Source: Candidatus Aegiribacteria sp.
GTDB lineage: Bacteria > Fermentibacterota > Fermentibacteria > Fermentibacterales > JCC-6
DNA length: 64,000 bases
Reading direction: 5' to 3'
Assembly (NCBI GenBank): GCA_030600545.1
Contig: JAUVLV010000006.1
Span: 359 to 64,358, forward strand
The number at the start of each line of letters is the position of its first letter. Position 1 is the first letter of the stretch. The position numbers and the translations under genes are program-made. Positions 17,564-27,432 of this stretch are shown here, in pieces. The notes beneath the pieces are model-generated. The model saw nothing but the letters and a program-made list of their open reading frames with translations, had not been told where the DNA came from and did no database searches.

Positions 17564-17715
17564 TGATTAATGACTCAGTCATGGTCGAAAAGTGTACTTC
17601 CAGGTTTTCTCGATCGGAACCTGATGGTTACTTTTTCTTCTGCTTCGCCTGTTTCCTTGCGAGGCTGATGACTGTTCTGGCTGCTGCGATCCTTACCTCC
17701 CTGGAATCGTGCCTG
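17564..17715. repeat. Diverged direct repeat, copy B
   Basis: Matches 15733-15884 at offset 1831. Confidence 0.95.
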
Positions 17716-19616
17716 AGAAGCTCGTCAAGATAAGCCTTTGAAAGAGCGTATTTGCCTGTAGAGGCCCATCGGAGCATCGATACTATTCCTTTTCTGGTAA
17801 GTTTCAGCTTGTTGCCGGCCACCCTGTCAATGATCCTTGCCAGATCGTAACCTCTGGGAGTAACCTCCCGAGATTTCATGCTTTCCAGAAGAGCTTCAAA
17901 TTCATCTGGATCAGCGGTTTTGTCGAGACTGTCGAGAAGCCATTTTGAAGTTCTTACCGATGCTTTACCTGGCAATCGTCCAAGAAATCTAAGAACCGCA
18001 ATACGGTCACTGCGTCTTTTCAGTTTAATGCCTGTAAATGAAAATTCCAGTTTTTCAAGCAATCTCGCAGACACTCCATGAGGATCGAACCTGTCCAGCT
18101 GCTGCAGAAGATCAAAATAATCTCCACTGTCCATAGTTTTCAGCATTTCATCAACACAGATCTGTCCCCCGAGCGTAAGCAGTGTCTTCCATACGATTTT
18201 CTTCTTTACGCCCGGGTTCTCTCTGAGAATATCAACCACCGCGCCTGCCAGGCGCGGGTTCCCGAGGAATGCGGCACCCTCCAGGGCTGCGGCAAGTTCC
18301 TGCCTGTGGTTCAGCCAGAACCTTCCCTCAATGGGTTTTCCAAGTTCGTCTTTCAGGATTTCTGCTGCCCCCTGCCAGCCGCTTATACCCAGACCCCGGA
18401 GAGCTGCCCTTCGAACCCAGGTGTTTCCGTCATTAACAGCATTCTTCAGAAGAACTCCAGCCTTCCTTCCCAGTACAAATGGTAACGCCATTGTCGCAGC
18501 GGTTCTGACATGTGCATTACTGTCCTTCATCGCGATCTTCAAAGCCTCTTCTGAATCCCGTCCCGCAATGTTTCCAAGAGCTCTTGCAGCACTCTTACGT
18601 ATTTTATGATCGTTCTCCCTGTTAAGGATTTCAATCAGGCAGCCTGCCATTTTAGTATCTCCAAGGATACCCGCGGATTCAATCAAGGCCTTGATCTCCA
18701 CAGTATCCGGTTCCGAATTCCGAAGCCAGTCCGCGAAATCATGATATTCGGGTATTTCATCTCCTTCATTGAGAAAACTGGCGACCGTGTCGGGAAGGAG
18801 TTCTCCCTTCAGTCTTTTCTTCTCCAGTCCGGCCCTGCGTGCAAGTTCTTCCACACTGCTGCAACCTGATCCATCAATTATCGATACGGTAATGTCCATT
18901 ACGGGATAGAACCGGAATTCTCCGGATCTGTCCAGGGCTTCGATTCCGCCTGCGGCATGATCCCTGCCGCTGTAGAAACCCCCGGCCCTTCCGTTGAAAA
19001 TCCTTGTGGCCCGTTTGACGGATTCCACAAAATCATTGCCTTCACCTACTGCTACGAAATCGTCTCCCCCAACATGGCCGACAAAATATCCGGACAGGTT
19101 TTCAGTCAGTATTGACGCCACCGCGCGGAGTACGGCATCCCCTCGACTGAAGCCGTAGTAGTCGTTGAAAGGTTTGAACCCGGATATATCGAAGTAGGCT
19201 GCCAGGCCGTGTCCATCAACTACAACGGAATTAAGACTGGATGTAATGGAAATGTTTCCGGGAAGCCCCGAGAGAGGATTTCTTGTACTTGCGCTTTCAA
19301 GGAGTTTTGAAATACCGTGAAGAGTTGCCCGAATGGTCTTTTCCGACGTTCCGGCGGGAATAAACCCGGCAGCTCCGGTATCAAGCCACTGCTCAATGTT
19401 CTCATCCGAGCAGTATACCAGCCAGGGAGTTTCAGAACTGCAAAAATCTCTGATGATTCCCAGCACCGTACCGGGATCCTGATTTCCCGAAACAAGAACG
19501 GCGGAGCAGTCCTTGCGGTTGCAGCTACCTATATCAGTGAAACCTGGAAATGGGGAATTTTCATCTCCCATCCATACGAATTTACCTGATGGCTGCTCTC
19601 CCATCGTACCACTCAA
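17628..19616 (-). CDS. GGDEF-domain protein fused to HEAT repeats
   Basis: NPLSGLPG, FDISGFKPFNDYYGFSRGD, GHVGGDDF; HEAT-like IRKSAARALG, VRRAALRGLG. Confidence 0.85.
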   Translation of the reverse strand: MSGTMGEQPSGKFVWMGDENSPFPGFTDIGSCNRKDCSAVLVSGNQDPGTVLGIIRDFCSSETPWLVYCSDENIEQWLDTGAAGFIPAGTSEKTIRATLHGISKLLESASTRNPLSGLPGNISITSSLNSVVVDGHGLAAYFDISGFKPFNDYYGFSRGDAVLRAVASILTENLSGYFVGHVGGDDFVAVGEGNDFVESVKRATRIFNGRAGGFYSGRDHAAGGIEALDRSGEFRFYPVMDITVSIIDGSGCSSVEELARRAGLEKKRLKGELLPDTVASFLNEGDEIPEYHDFADWLRNSEPDTVEIKALIESAGILGDTKMAGCLIEILNRENDHKIRKSAARALGNIAGRDSEEALKIAMKDSNAHVRTAATMALPFVLGRKAGVLLKNAVNDGNTWVRRAALRGLGISGWQGAAEILKDELGKPIEGRFWLNHRQELAAALEGAAFLGNPRLAGAVVDILRENPGVKKKIVWKTLLTLGGQICVDEMLKTMDSGDYFDLLQQLDRFDPHGVSARLLEKLEFSFTGIKLKRRSDRIAVLRFLGRLPGKASVRTSKWLLDSLDKTADPDEFEALLESMKSREVTPRGYDLARIIDRVAGNKLKLTRKGIVSMLRWASTGKYALSKAYLDELLRHDSREVRIAAARTVISLARKQAKQKKK

Positions 19617-20574
19617 TCAGTTTTTCAAACGAGACTTCCGTTTTCGAAGCTGTTCCAGTTTTCCCCAGTAAAGAATCTATAATATTATCCAGAATCGCAA
19701 TACCCGCGGGCTGCCCGGTTTTTCCAAGTACGATCCCTGCGGGAGCATCTGACTTCCGGAGTTTTGCCATTACACTTATAAGATCATCCCCCGCTTCAAA
19801 ATAAGGGAATCCCTCAACACCGTTCCCATCAAGTACATTGTTGGATCTAACGATTGAATTGCCATCCACATATCCCCGTATGGTCTCACCATCCTTTTCA
19901 CACACCAGCACAAAAGGATACTCCGTATCAATAAGTTTCTCAAGTACAGCATTTCTGGTCTCACCAATTCTGGTGAATGGTATTTCTCTGAGTTTCCTCA
20001 TGACATTACCGATTCTCACATCGTTCATTCGAAGGATTCTCTCCGCAATGGGTCCGGCATCCGATGATGAATCGGTAAGAAGTCCCAGTATCTCGCTCTT
20101 ACTTTCGAACACGCGGGAATCACGCCTTCTGCCTACAATCAGAGAGGAAAAGAAATCAGCGATGAGAATAACAGGGTACAGAACTATTCTCAGTACAAGC
20201 AGTGAGAATGAAAGGTTCGAAACTACGCTTTCCCTCGATACAAGCATAAGATGTTTTGGTATCAAATCCGCGAATATCAGTATGAAGAAAGATAGAAAAG
20301 CTATAAGAACCGGTTCAGCCCAGGGAATATCGATGCCTTCTGAAAACCTCGAAGTAATGCCTGATGCCAGAACCATACCAACATTCGTTCCCACGAGAGT
20401 CGTGGTTAGATACTTCCTGGGATTTTCAATGAAGCTCAGAGAAAGACGAGACCATTTTCTGCCCTCCCTGAGGCGGCTGTAAGCTCTTATTCTGCTTGCC
20501 GCAGAAAAGGCGGTCTCCGCACCACTGGAAAAAGCTGACAGTATTACTGCAAGAATAAAAAGGAACAGCATCAT
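19582..20574 (-). CDS. CNNM (DUF21) / CBS protein
   Basis: SAFSSGAETAF, LTTTLVGTN, DLIPK. Confidence 0.85.
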   Translation of the reverse strand: MMLFLFILAVILSAFSSGAETAFSAASRIRAYSRLREGRKWSRLSLSFIENPRKYLTTTLVGTNVGMVLASGITSRFSEGIDIPWAEPVLIAFLSFFILIFADLIPKHLMLVSRESVVSNLSFSLLVLRIVLYPVILIADFFSSLIVGRRRDSRVFESKSEILGLLTDSSSDAGPIAERILRMNDVRIGNVMRKLREIPFTRIGETRNAVLEKLIDTEYPFVLVCEKDGETIRGYVDGNSIVRSNNVLDGNGVEGFPYFEAGDDLISVMAKLRKSDAPAGIVLGKTGQPAGIAILDNIIDSLLGKTGTASKTEVSFEKLIEWYDGRAAIR

Positions 20575-21800
20575 GATTGAGACTCTTTTTTTCTGATGAG
20601 CCTGACTTCCATACGATCCAATCTGGGTCCCTCCATGGAAGTTATCCGGAATAGATAGTTCGAAATTTCAATTTCTTCTCCCTCGAAGGGTATCCTTCCC
20701 GTAACCTCCTGAACCAGCCCGCTGCATGTTTCAGCGAACCTGGCGTGAAATTCCTTTCCAGTAAGCTCCGAAAGGATTGAGAGCTTCATTGCTGCAGGTA
20801 TTTCAAGCCACCCGTCCTTTACACTTACGCCTTCTGGAAGGGTGCCGGGTTCCAGGGCGGAGCTGAACAGGAAATAATCAAGGATATCATGTACAGTGAT
20901 CATACCTGTCCAGTCACCATATTCATCGAATACCGCGCCGGTTTCTTCGTCCGAATCCCTCAATCCCTTCAGAACTACTTCGAGAGGAGCATTCTCGGGA
21001 AACGACGGAAGATAATGAATTGGAAGGGGTTCTCCGTCACCGGAGATGAAATACTCTCTGGAATCAATGTAACCCGCTACCTTCTCCATGGGACCGTCCA
21101 GTACGGGGAATCTGGTATGTCCGGTGCTTCTCATGACTTCGCTGAACCGCTTCTCATCCCATCCCGTCCTTAGAACTGCTACTTCCGACCTTGGTTTCAT
21201 TACATCGGTACACTGCGATTCGTTCAGTGTAAGAAGGTTCAGTGTCGCTCCCCCCTCGGAACCGAGAAGACCTTCTGACCGACCCAGTTCAACCATCGCT
21301 ATTATCTCGTCACGGGAGAGCCTGCTGGCGGGACTCTTAATCCCTATTTTCCCGGAAATGAACTTCGAAAATTTCGATAGAGTAAAAGCGATGGGAGTAC
21401 ATATTTTCATGAAAACCAGTAATGCCAGGGAACTTCTTGATGCCCATTTTTCGGCGTGAGACACTGCCAGTGTTTTGGGTGATATTTCACCGAAGATCAG
21501 AAGCATAAATGTCGTTACACCCACAGCAAGGGCCAGACTGATACCTTCACTGCCCGGGAACATCCCGGCGGTAATGGATGCCGCAATAGCCGAAGCGGTG
21601 ATATTTACAATCGTATTACCGAAGAGAATTGTGGACAGAAGTTTTTCCGGGCTTGAAAGAAGATAGAGAACCCTTCTTCCCGATTCTGTTCTCCGCAGTC
21701 TTCTTTTCTGAAGCCGGTCAAGGCTGAAACAGGCAGTTTCAGAGCCGCTGAAAAATGCGGAGAGCACCAGAAGAATTACCAGAATTGCGTATTCCAGCAG
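20571..21800 (-). CDS. HlyC/CorC-family CNNM-CBS transporter
   Basis: SAFFSGSETA, GEISPK, TRFPV, DEYG, CorC C-terminal domain; likely CTG start at 21800 (track start 21767). Confidence 0.88.
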   Translation of the reverse strand: MLEYAILVILLVLSAFFSGSETACFSLDRLQKRRLRRTESGRRVLYLLSSPEKLLSTILFGNTIVNITASAIAASITAGMFPGSEGISLALAVGVTTFMLLIFGEISPKTLAVSHAEKWASRSSLALLVFMKICTPIAFTLSKFSKFISGKIGIKSPASRLSRDEIIAMVELGRSEGLLGSEGGATLNLLTLNESQCTDVMKPRSEVAVLRTGWDEKRFSEVMRSTGHTRFPVLDGPMEKVAGYIDSREYFISGDGEPLPIHYLPSFPENAPLEVVLKGLRDSDEETGAVFDEYGDWTGMITVHDILDYFLFSSALEPGTLPEGVSVKDGWLEIPAAMKLSILSELTGKEFHARFAETCSGLVQEVTGRIPFEGEEIEISNYLFRITSMEGPRLDRMEVRLIRKKESQS

Positions 21801-21810
21801 TCACACCTCC

Positions 21811-23097
21811 CTATCGCAGCTCAACATCATGTGAATCCATGGAAAACTCTTCTGTGAATGTTTTGCTGAAATAACCCTTGCTGGAGTATACAGGTTGTAT
21901 GACAAGTTCCAAATTGTAATTTCCTCCTGGAACGGGAATGCCTCTGGATGTGGTTCCCTCCCACTCTACGTGAAATTCCCCCGCGGGATACCGGCCTTCG
22001 GCAAGTCGGTAAACCGCTTCTCCGCCCCCATCGTAGATCATTGCATCCACCCGCGCGGGTTCCGTAAGAGTACCGTCTACCTGAAGCCCCCGTCCTGTTG
22101 CTTCGATATCCGGATTGACAAGATCAGCACCAACCCAGAAGTATCTGGCGCCTTCTTCTTCAGCTACGAAAACCTGTCCGTAGCGTTTCCAGATAGTCAA
22201 TCCTGTAGGAAAATACAATTCCCTGTCTTCGTGACCTTCCGAACCGAAGCTGCAGAGGTAATCAATACTGCCGGTGAATTTGTGCACGGAACATGAAATG
22301 CTGTCAGTAATCCAGACGTTGCCCCAGAAATCTATGGCGGGGTAATTGAAACAAGACCCGTTGCAGTCTGTAAGATCAGCTTCCGCAATGATCTCCCCAT
22401 GCGCCAGTTTGACAATGGAGGAAGCATCTTCAGTAATGACAACCGCGAATTCTTCATCATCATGAAACCAGGTTTCACTCCGTACTGCATCCACCCCCGT
22501 TGGGGATTCTATTTCAATAACCTCAGGCAGCGTATCGGAAAGGGAACTGTAGATGTAAAGCCTGTCCGCGGCACGATCGGTAACATAAATTCCTCCTGCT
22601 CCATCCAATGCTACATCCCATGGTTCCTGAAAATCACCGTGAAGATATCCATCCGGAATCAGTCTGGAACCGTTTCTCCTCAGAATCACAACTCTCCGGT
22701 TACCAGTATCGGCAACAAGAACAAGGCCTGAGGGATCGGCCGCAATACCGTGAGGTCGAAGCAATTCGTTCTCCCCCGATCCGTTATCACCATACAAACC
22801 AAGGGCATACATACTCGCATTGTAAATAATCTGGCCGCTGCCTGAATTCACTCCGTATACGGCAAGTTCATCATCATCGGAAGTTCCGGGAGTATCCCAT
22901 TCTTCAAGTTTCACGCATGCCAGCCCCTGAGGATTATCGAATCTCACCAGCCCTCCAAGGAACATCGAAAGCTGTTCGGTTCCTGCTCTGTAGATACCCA
23001 TGCAATGCCCGAAGGGCGGGTATACAAGGGTGGTTGGCACAGCCGGCTCAACAAAGTAACCCGTAACGATCATCAATAATGCAAGTATCATATTCAT
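21811..23097 (-). CDS. Secreted NHL-repeat protein with FlgD-Ig C-terminus
   Basis: PHGIAAD..VADTGNRRV, PWDVALD..IYVTD; C-terminal WEG...GNY. Confidence 0.8.
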   Translation of the reverse strand: MNMILALLMIVTGYFVEPAVPTTLVYPPFGHCMGIYRAGTEQLSMFLGGLVRFDNPQGLACVKLEEWDTPGTSDDDELAVYGVNSGSGQIIYNASMYALGLYGDNGSGENELLRPHGIAADPSGLVLVADTGNRRVVILRRNGSRLIPDGYLHGDFQEPWDVALDGAGGIYVTDRAADRLYIYSSLSDTLPEVIEIESPTGVDAVRSETWFHDDEEFAVVITEDASSIVKLAHGEIIAEADLTDCNGSCFNYPAIDFWGNVWITDSISCSVHKFTGSIDYLCSFGSEGHEDRELYFPTGLTIWKRYGQVFVAEEEGARYFWVGADLVNPDIEATGRGLQVDGTLTEPARVDAMIYDGGGEAVYRLAEGRYPAGEFHVEWEGTTSRGIPVPGGNYNLELVIQPVYSSKGYFSKTFTEEFSMDSHDVELR

Positions 23098-25307
23098 CGC
23101 CTTTCGTATATCCAGGCAGATCTTTGAACCTTCTTAACATACATTCTGGTTTCTCTATAGGTTATCTGCTCAATATACAGTTCAGGGTCAGCAGGATTCC
23201 ATCCATGCGTATTCACCCATCTTGTCGCGTTACCCGGGCCTGCATTGTAGGCCGCGAGGAAAAGGGGATTCTCACCGCTGAAATTTTCCTGCTGCCTGTT
23301 TATGTACAGTGCGCCGTACGGAAGCGAAGCAGCGGGATCGAAGAAATCATCATTTTCAAGGTTCGGAAGTCCGAACCATCGGGCAACATCGTAAGCGGTA
23401 CCGGGCATAAGCTGCACAACACCCATGGCTCCAGCGCTTGAGATCACCCATCGGTCAAAGTAACTCTCCTCCCTCATTATTCCCTGCAGTACGTTCGCTT
23501 CAAGAACAAGGGAATCCGTCGCCTCCAGTGCAAGCTGCCTGTAAGGCGAGGGAAAGTAAAAGCACAGAAGAGAATCGGGAAGTATTACGTTAGATGATTC
23601 CCTCAGGTCCGTATCAAAAGCACGCAGCATCCTGAGGACAGACCCGTGACGCCCCATCAAAGACAGTACAACAGCCCTTGTGGAGGGGGAGTCGGATGAG
23701 CCCTGCGAGAGCATCTCCACCGCTGGAACCCCGAATCCCGCGGCTGTCATTCCAACAGCCAGCGAACATGCGTCATCTTCCATCAGGTCAATCTCAGGCA
23801 CAGAAAATCCATTACTGCTTTCGATTCCAAGTCTGTCCGCAGCCAGTATTCCGTAGAACTCCCATGGATGCTCCTGAGCAACTACCAGAAGAAGTGAATC
23901 TCTAAGGTCATCTCTTCCGAGTTCACCTGCCAGTCTGGCTCTCCAGAAAAGCATTTCATCTCTCCAGTAACCGGCGGGCCATTGTTCGCACGCATGGGTC
24001 CAGAGCGAGTCTGCCTCTATGAATCTGCCAACCATGTAAAGGGAAAACCCGCCCCGCCAGTGAGCCCTTTCGTCACCTCCCCATGAACCTGAGGTTTTCA
24101 GTGAAGTCAGATAAGCTTCCGCAGCGCTGTTCCATTCCTGCTCACAATCGTAGTACTTACCCGCATTGTAAGCAGCTTCCCTTGCATGCGGATGCTCTGG
24201 AAATTCAGTCGCGAATTCCAGATAGGCCGGGTAGTAAACGCTTCCCAGGTTTTCAGAACCTTTCAATGCGTGAGCTCTGAAAAGAGCGGCTCTTGCTCTG
24301 ACTGAATCGGGAGTTCCATCGCTTATGCTGTCGACGAGCTGAAGAAGCTCATCGTACTTCTCCCGCTGAAGCAGAACGGCCATATCTGTACCTGTTCTGT
24401 GCCAGGAGTCTCCTTTGCCGGAATAGGCGATTGCGAGATCGACAGCACCGGATTCAACAAGACAGTCAACTACATCCCAGCGGGGGCTGTATTCGAAAAG
24501 ATACCGCTGCAGAATTTCCTCCACAGCAATAGAACAGGCTCCACAGCTGGAGTCCAAAGCTTCGTCCCAGAACCTGAGAGAACCGGAATCAGCCATAGAC
24601 TGCATTTCAAGAAGCAAAAGCCTGCTTTCAGCCGTCGGTGAAATCGAAGAAAGTATTTCAGTAAGCCAGGGTCCAGCGGTATCCATGGATGCCTCAAGTT
24701 CTCTCAGCAGTACGTTCCTTACCGATGGAAATAGAGGTTCATACTCCGCGAGACAACACAGTTTATCGGGAGAAAGACCTCCCGGCGCGGCAATATGTGC
24801 CATGACAAAGGCATCGCATGGACCGAGAATATCCGGAATATCAATCCCGGTCTCCACGAAATCGATTTCCCATGACAGCCATCTGTATAGCGTTAATTGT
24901 CCTGGAAATACATATTCAAGTGCCTTGTCGGGAGTTCCGGCAAGATCCAGAGCTGAAACCTTCCATCCCGAAAGAGAGCCGAAACCCTCCAGTTCCAGGT
25001 TATCAAGAAGGTTTACAAACTCATCTTCCATCGCCCTGCCATGGTACAATCCAAGCATCCTGAACAGAACCTCATCCTTGAGCGTTGAGTCCTTACTCAG
25101 CGCTGACAATAGGGAATCACGCACGGTCTTGAATTCACCTGCCAGGTAGAGGGAATCAATATTCGAAAATGTATCCGTTTTGCTTTCCTCTACCGGTTCG
25201 GGAAGAGATATTTCTTCTTCATGAACACGGTTGCATGACAGCACTGTCAGAATTACTGCTGAAAAACACAGAAGGAGTTTCAATTGAACAGCTCCAAATA
25301 TATCCAT
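23094..25307 (-). CDS. Lytic transglycosylase (Slt-type, TPR-like N-terminus), probable lipoprotein
   Basis: REES, GVVQLMP, AAYNAGPG, ETRMYV; VLSC lipobox-like. Confidence 0.88.
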   Translation of the reverse strand: MDIFGAVQLKLLLCFSAVILTVLSCNRVHEEEISLPEPVEESKTDTFSNIDSLYLAGEFKTVRDSLLSALSKDSTLKDEVLFRMLGLYHGRAMEDEFVNLLDNLELEGFGSLSGWKVSALDLAGTPDKALEYVFPGQLTLYRWLSWEIDFVETGIDIPDILGPCDAFVMAHIAAPGGLSPDKLCCLAEYEPLFPSVRNVLLRELEASMDTAGPWLTEILSSISPTAESRLLLLEMQSMADSGSLRFWDEALDSSCGACSIAVEEILQRYLFEYSPRWDVVDCLVESGAVDLAIAYSGKGDSWHRTGTDMAVLLQREKYDELLQLVDSISDGTPDSVRARAALFRAHALKGSENLGSVYYPAYLEFATEFPEHPHAREAAYNAGKYYDCEQEWNSAAEAYLTSLKTSGSWGGDERAHWRGGFSLYMVGRFIEADSLWTHACEQWPAGYWRDEMLFWRARLAGELGRDDLRDSLLLVVAQEHPWEFYGILAADRLGIESSNGFSVPEIDLMEDDACSLAVGMTAAGFGVPAVEMLSQGSSDSPSTRAVVLSLMGRHGSVLRMLRAFDTDLRESSNVILPDSLLCFYFPSPYRQLALEATDSLVLEANVLQGIMREESYFDRWVISSAGAMGVVQLMPGTAYDVARWFGLPNLENDDFFDPAASLPYGALYINRQQENFSGENPLFLAAYNAGPGNATRWVNTHGWNPADPELYIEQITYRETRMYVKKVQRSAWIYERR

Positions 25308-27421
25308 GTATTAGCCATTACGTGCTTTACGTAACCTCTTGTTTCCGTCAGAGGAATCTGCTCTATAAATAGTTCGGGATCGCCATCCTCAAGGGGAAAC
25401 TCCTCCATCCATTTTGCGGCGTTTCCCGGACCTGCATTGTAGGCGGCAAGCGCAAGAACCAGCGATCCGTTGAATGCCGAATACTGCCTTGAAAGATACA
25501 ATGACCCGTACCGTATGGATTTTTCGGGAACGAAAAAATCTGATCCTGACAGTACCGGCAGGCCGTACCATCTTGCTATGTCGCCCGCGGTACCGGGCAT
25601 AAGCTGAATAAGCCCTGATGCTCCCACCCATGACCTTGCCCATCTGTTGAAATAGCTCTCCTGGCGCATCAGTCCTGTTACAACCTCAGGCGGAATGTTC
25701 ATTCCATCTACTGAACTCCAGGTTAGCTCCCGGTAAGGTGTCGGGAAATAAAAACAGAGAAGATTATCCGGAAGTATACCGATGTTCCCATCTCTCAGAT
25801 GAAAATCCCATGCACGAAGCAAGGCCAGAGACTTACTGTGTTCACCCATAAGTGAAAGGGCCGCACAGCGGGTTCCCACATCACAGAGTTCGGTTCCATA
25901 TAGCATTTCAGAAGCCATCGAACCGTACCCTCGGGACATCATGTCAACAGCTTCAGCAGTTACAGAGTTATCGAGTAGACTGATCTGTGAAGTCTCAATA
26001 TTAAGATAACATGAACCTGTTCTTGCAGCGGCAAGAAGCCCATAGAATTCCCAGGGGAACCTTTCTGCGGTTTCGAGAAGAAGTTCATTCTCCCGCCCGG
26101 TATCACCTGTTCTGTTTGCGTACCTTGCACTCCAGAAGAGCATTTCATCACACCAGGCGGAGAAGGGGTATTTCCCTATCCCTTCTGTCCATATGGAATC
26201 ACCTGTGTTTCCCCTTCCGCACATGTAGTGACAGAATCCCCCCCGCCAGTAAGCTCTGGCTTCGCCGAAATCTCCGGAGGACAGGGCTGCCATGTAGGCG
26301 TCGGCCGCGGCTGGCCAGTTCCTTTCAGAGTCGTAGTATTTCGCTGCCAGATAGGCAGCTTCAGACGCCTTTTCATGCCAGGGGTATGAAGCGGCAAACG
26401 CAAGGTAACTTTCGTAGTACACTCCGGCAGGCTGCCGAAGAGCTCTGAGCGCCCTGGCTCGAAAGAGACCAGCCCTGGCTCTGAGAGTATCAGGAGAGTC
26501 GGGTGCAATGGAATCATATAACGCAAGAAGTTCGCCGTACTGTGAAGTATTTCTCAGAATCGCCATCGATACTCCGCTTGCGAAAGAGATGTCGCCTGAT
26601 ACCGTGGCAATGCTGTCTACTAAAGCGGTATATCCATTCTCAGCAAGTATATCCATGATCAACCAGGATCTTCCCCATTTGCCGGGATCAGTCCTCAGAA
26701 GAATAAGAGCGGCTGATAATGATATGTCTCTGCCAAGCCCAAGGCGATACTCCCAGGTTTCCGCAGAACCCCGCGCCAGGTGAATATCCCTGGCAGCAAG
26801 AAGCATATCCAGCCCGCTGCTCTCATAAACCGATGCCAGATTCAGAGCAGTCTCATCCCACCAGGAACCAGCGGTCTTCAGAGTCAGCTCCAGCTCTTCT
26901 ATAACTTCATCTCCGAGGAAACCGACAAGGGCGGCATCTGTAACGCTCTGATCGATCTGTCCTTTAGTCATACGGCCATCGGCACAGATCATCGCCCTTA
27001 CAGCCCTTTCTGCAATACAGTCAGGCTCAGAGAGAATACATGACATAGGTGATTGGTCCGATTCCATTTGTAGCCATAATAACAGCAGGACATTATCGGA
27101 AGGTACAAGGGGCAGAGCCTCAAAAGACCTCCTGGACAGGCCCAGGAGAGATACTTTCCACCCGTAAAGATCTTCTCCGGTCTCGTGCTGTATGCTGTCA
27201 AGAAGAAGGATGCATTCGTCTTCCATTCCCGCTCCGTGATAAAGGCCGGCAATTCTGTAGAGAATGACATCTCCGGGGATATAATCATCCCTCAGCAGCG
27301 AAAGGAGTTCCGAAACCGCCAGTTCATTGCTTCCCGTAAGAATCAGCGAATCCGCGCGGTGGAGAGATGCCGGTGCCAGGGGCAATGATACGGCCAGCAG
27401 CGTTAGAAGAAATTTAATCAT
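25280..27421 (-). CDS. Lytic transglycosylase, tandem paralog
   Basis: RQES, GLIQLMP, AAYNAGPG, ETRGYV. Confidence 0.88.
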   Translation of the reverse strand: MIKFLLTLLAVSLPLAPASLHRADSLILTGSNELAVSELLSLLRDDYIPGDVILYRIAGLYHGAGMEDECILLLDSIQHETGEDLYGWKVSLLGLSRRSFEALPLVPSDNVLLLLWLQMESDQSPMSCILSEPDCIAERAVRAMICADGRMTKGQIDQSVTDAALVGFLGDEVIEELELTLKTAGSWWDETALNLASVYESSGLDMLLAARDIHLARGSAETWEYRLGLGRDISLSAALILLRTDPGKWGRSWLIMDILAENGYTALVDSIATVSGDISFASGVSMAILRNTSQYGELLALYDSIAPDSPDTLRARAGLFRARALRALRQPAGVYYESYLAFAASYPWHEKASEAAYLAAKYYDSERNWPAAADAYMAALSSGDFGEARAYWRGGFCHYMCGRGNTGDSIWTEGIGKYPFSAWCDEMLFWSARYANRTGDTGRENELLLETAERFPWEFYGLLAAARTGSCYLNIETSQISLLDNSVTAEAVDMMSRGYGSMASEMLYGTELCDVGTRCAALSLMGEHSKSLALLRAWDFHLRDGNIGILPDNLLCFYFPTPYRELTWSSVDGMNIPPEVVTGLMRQESYFNRWARSWVGASGLIQLMPGTAGDIARWYGLPVLSGSDFFVPEKSIRYGSLYLSRQYSAFNGSLVLALAAYNAGPGNAAKWMEEFPLEDGDPELFIEQIPLTETRGYVKHVMANTWIYLELFN

Positions 27422-27432
27422 CGTTATCCAGT

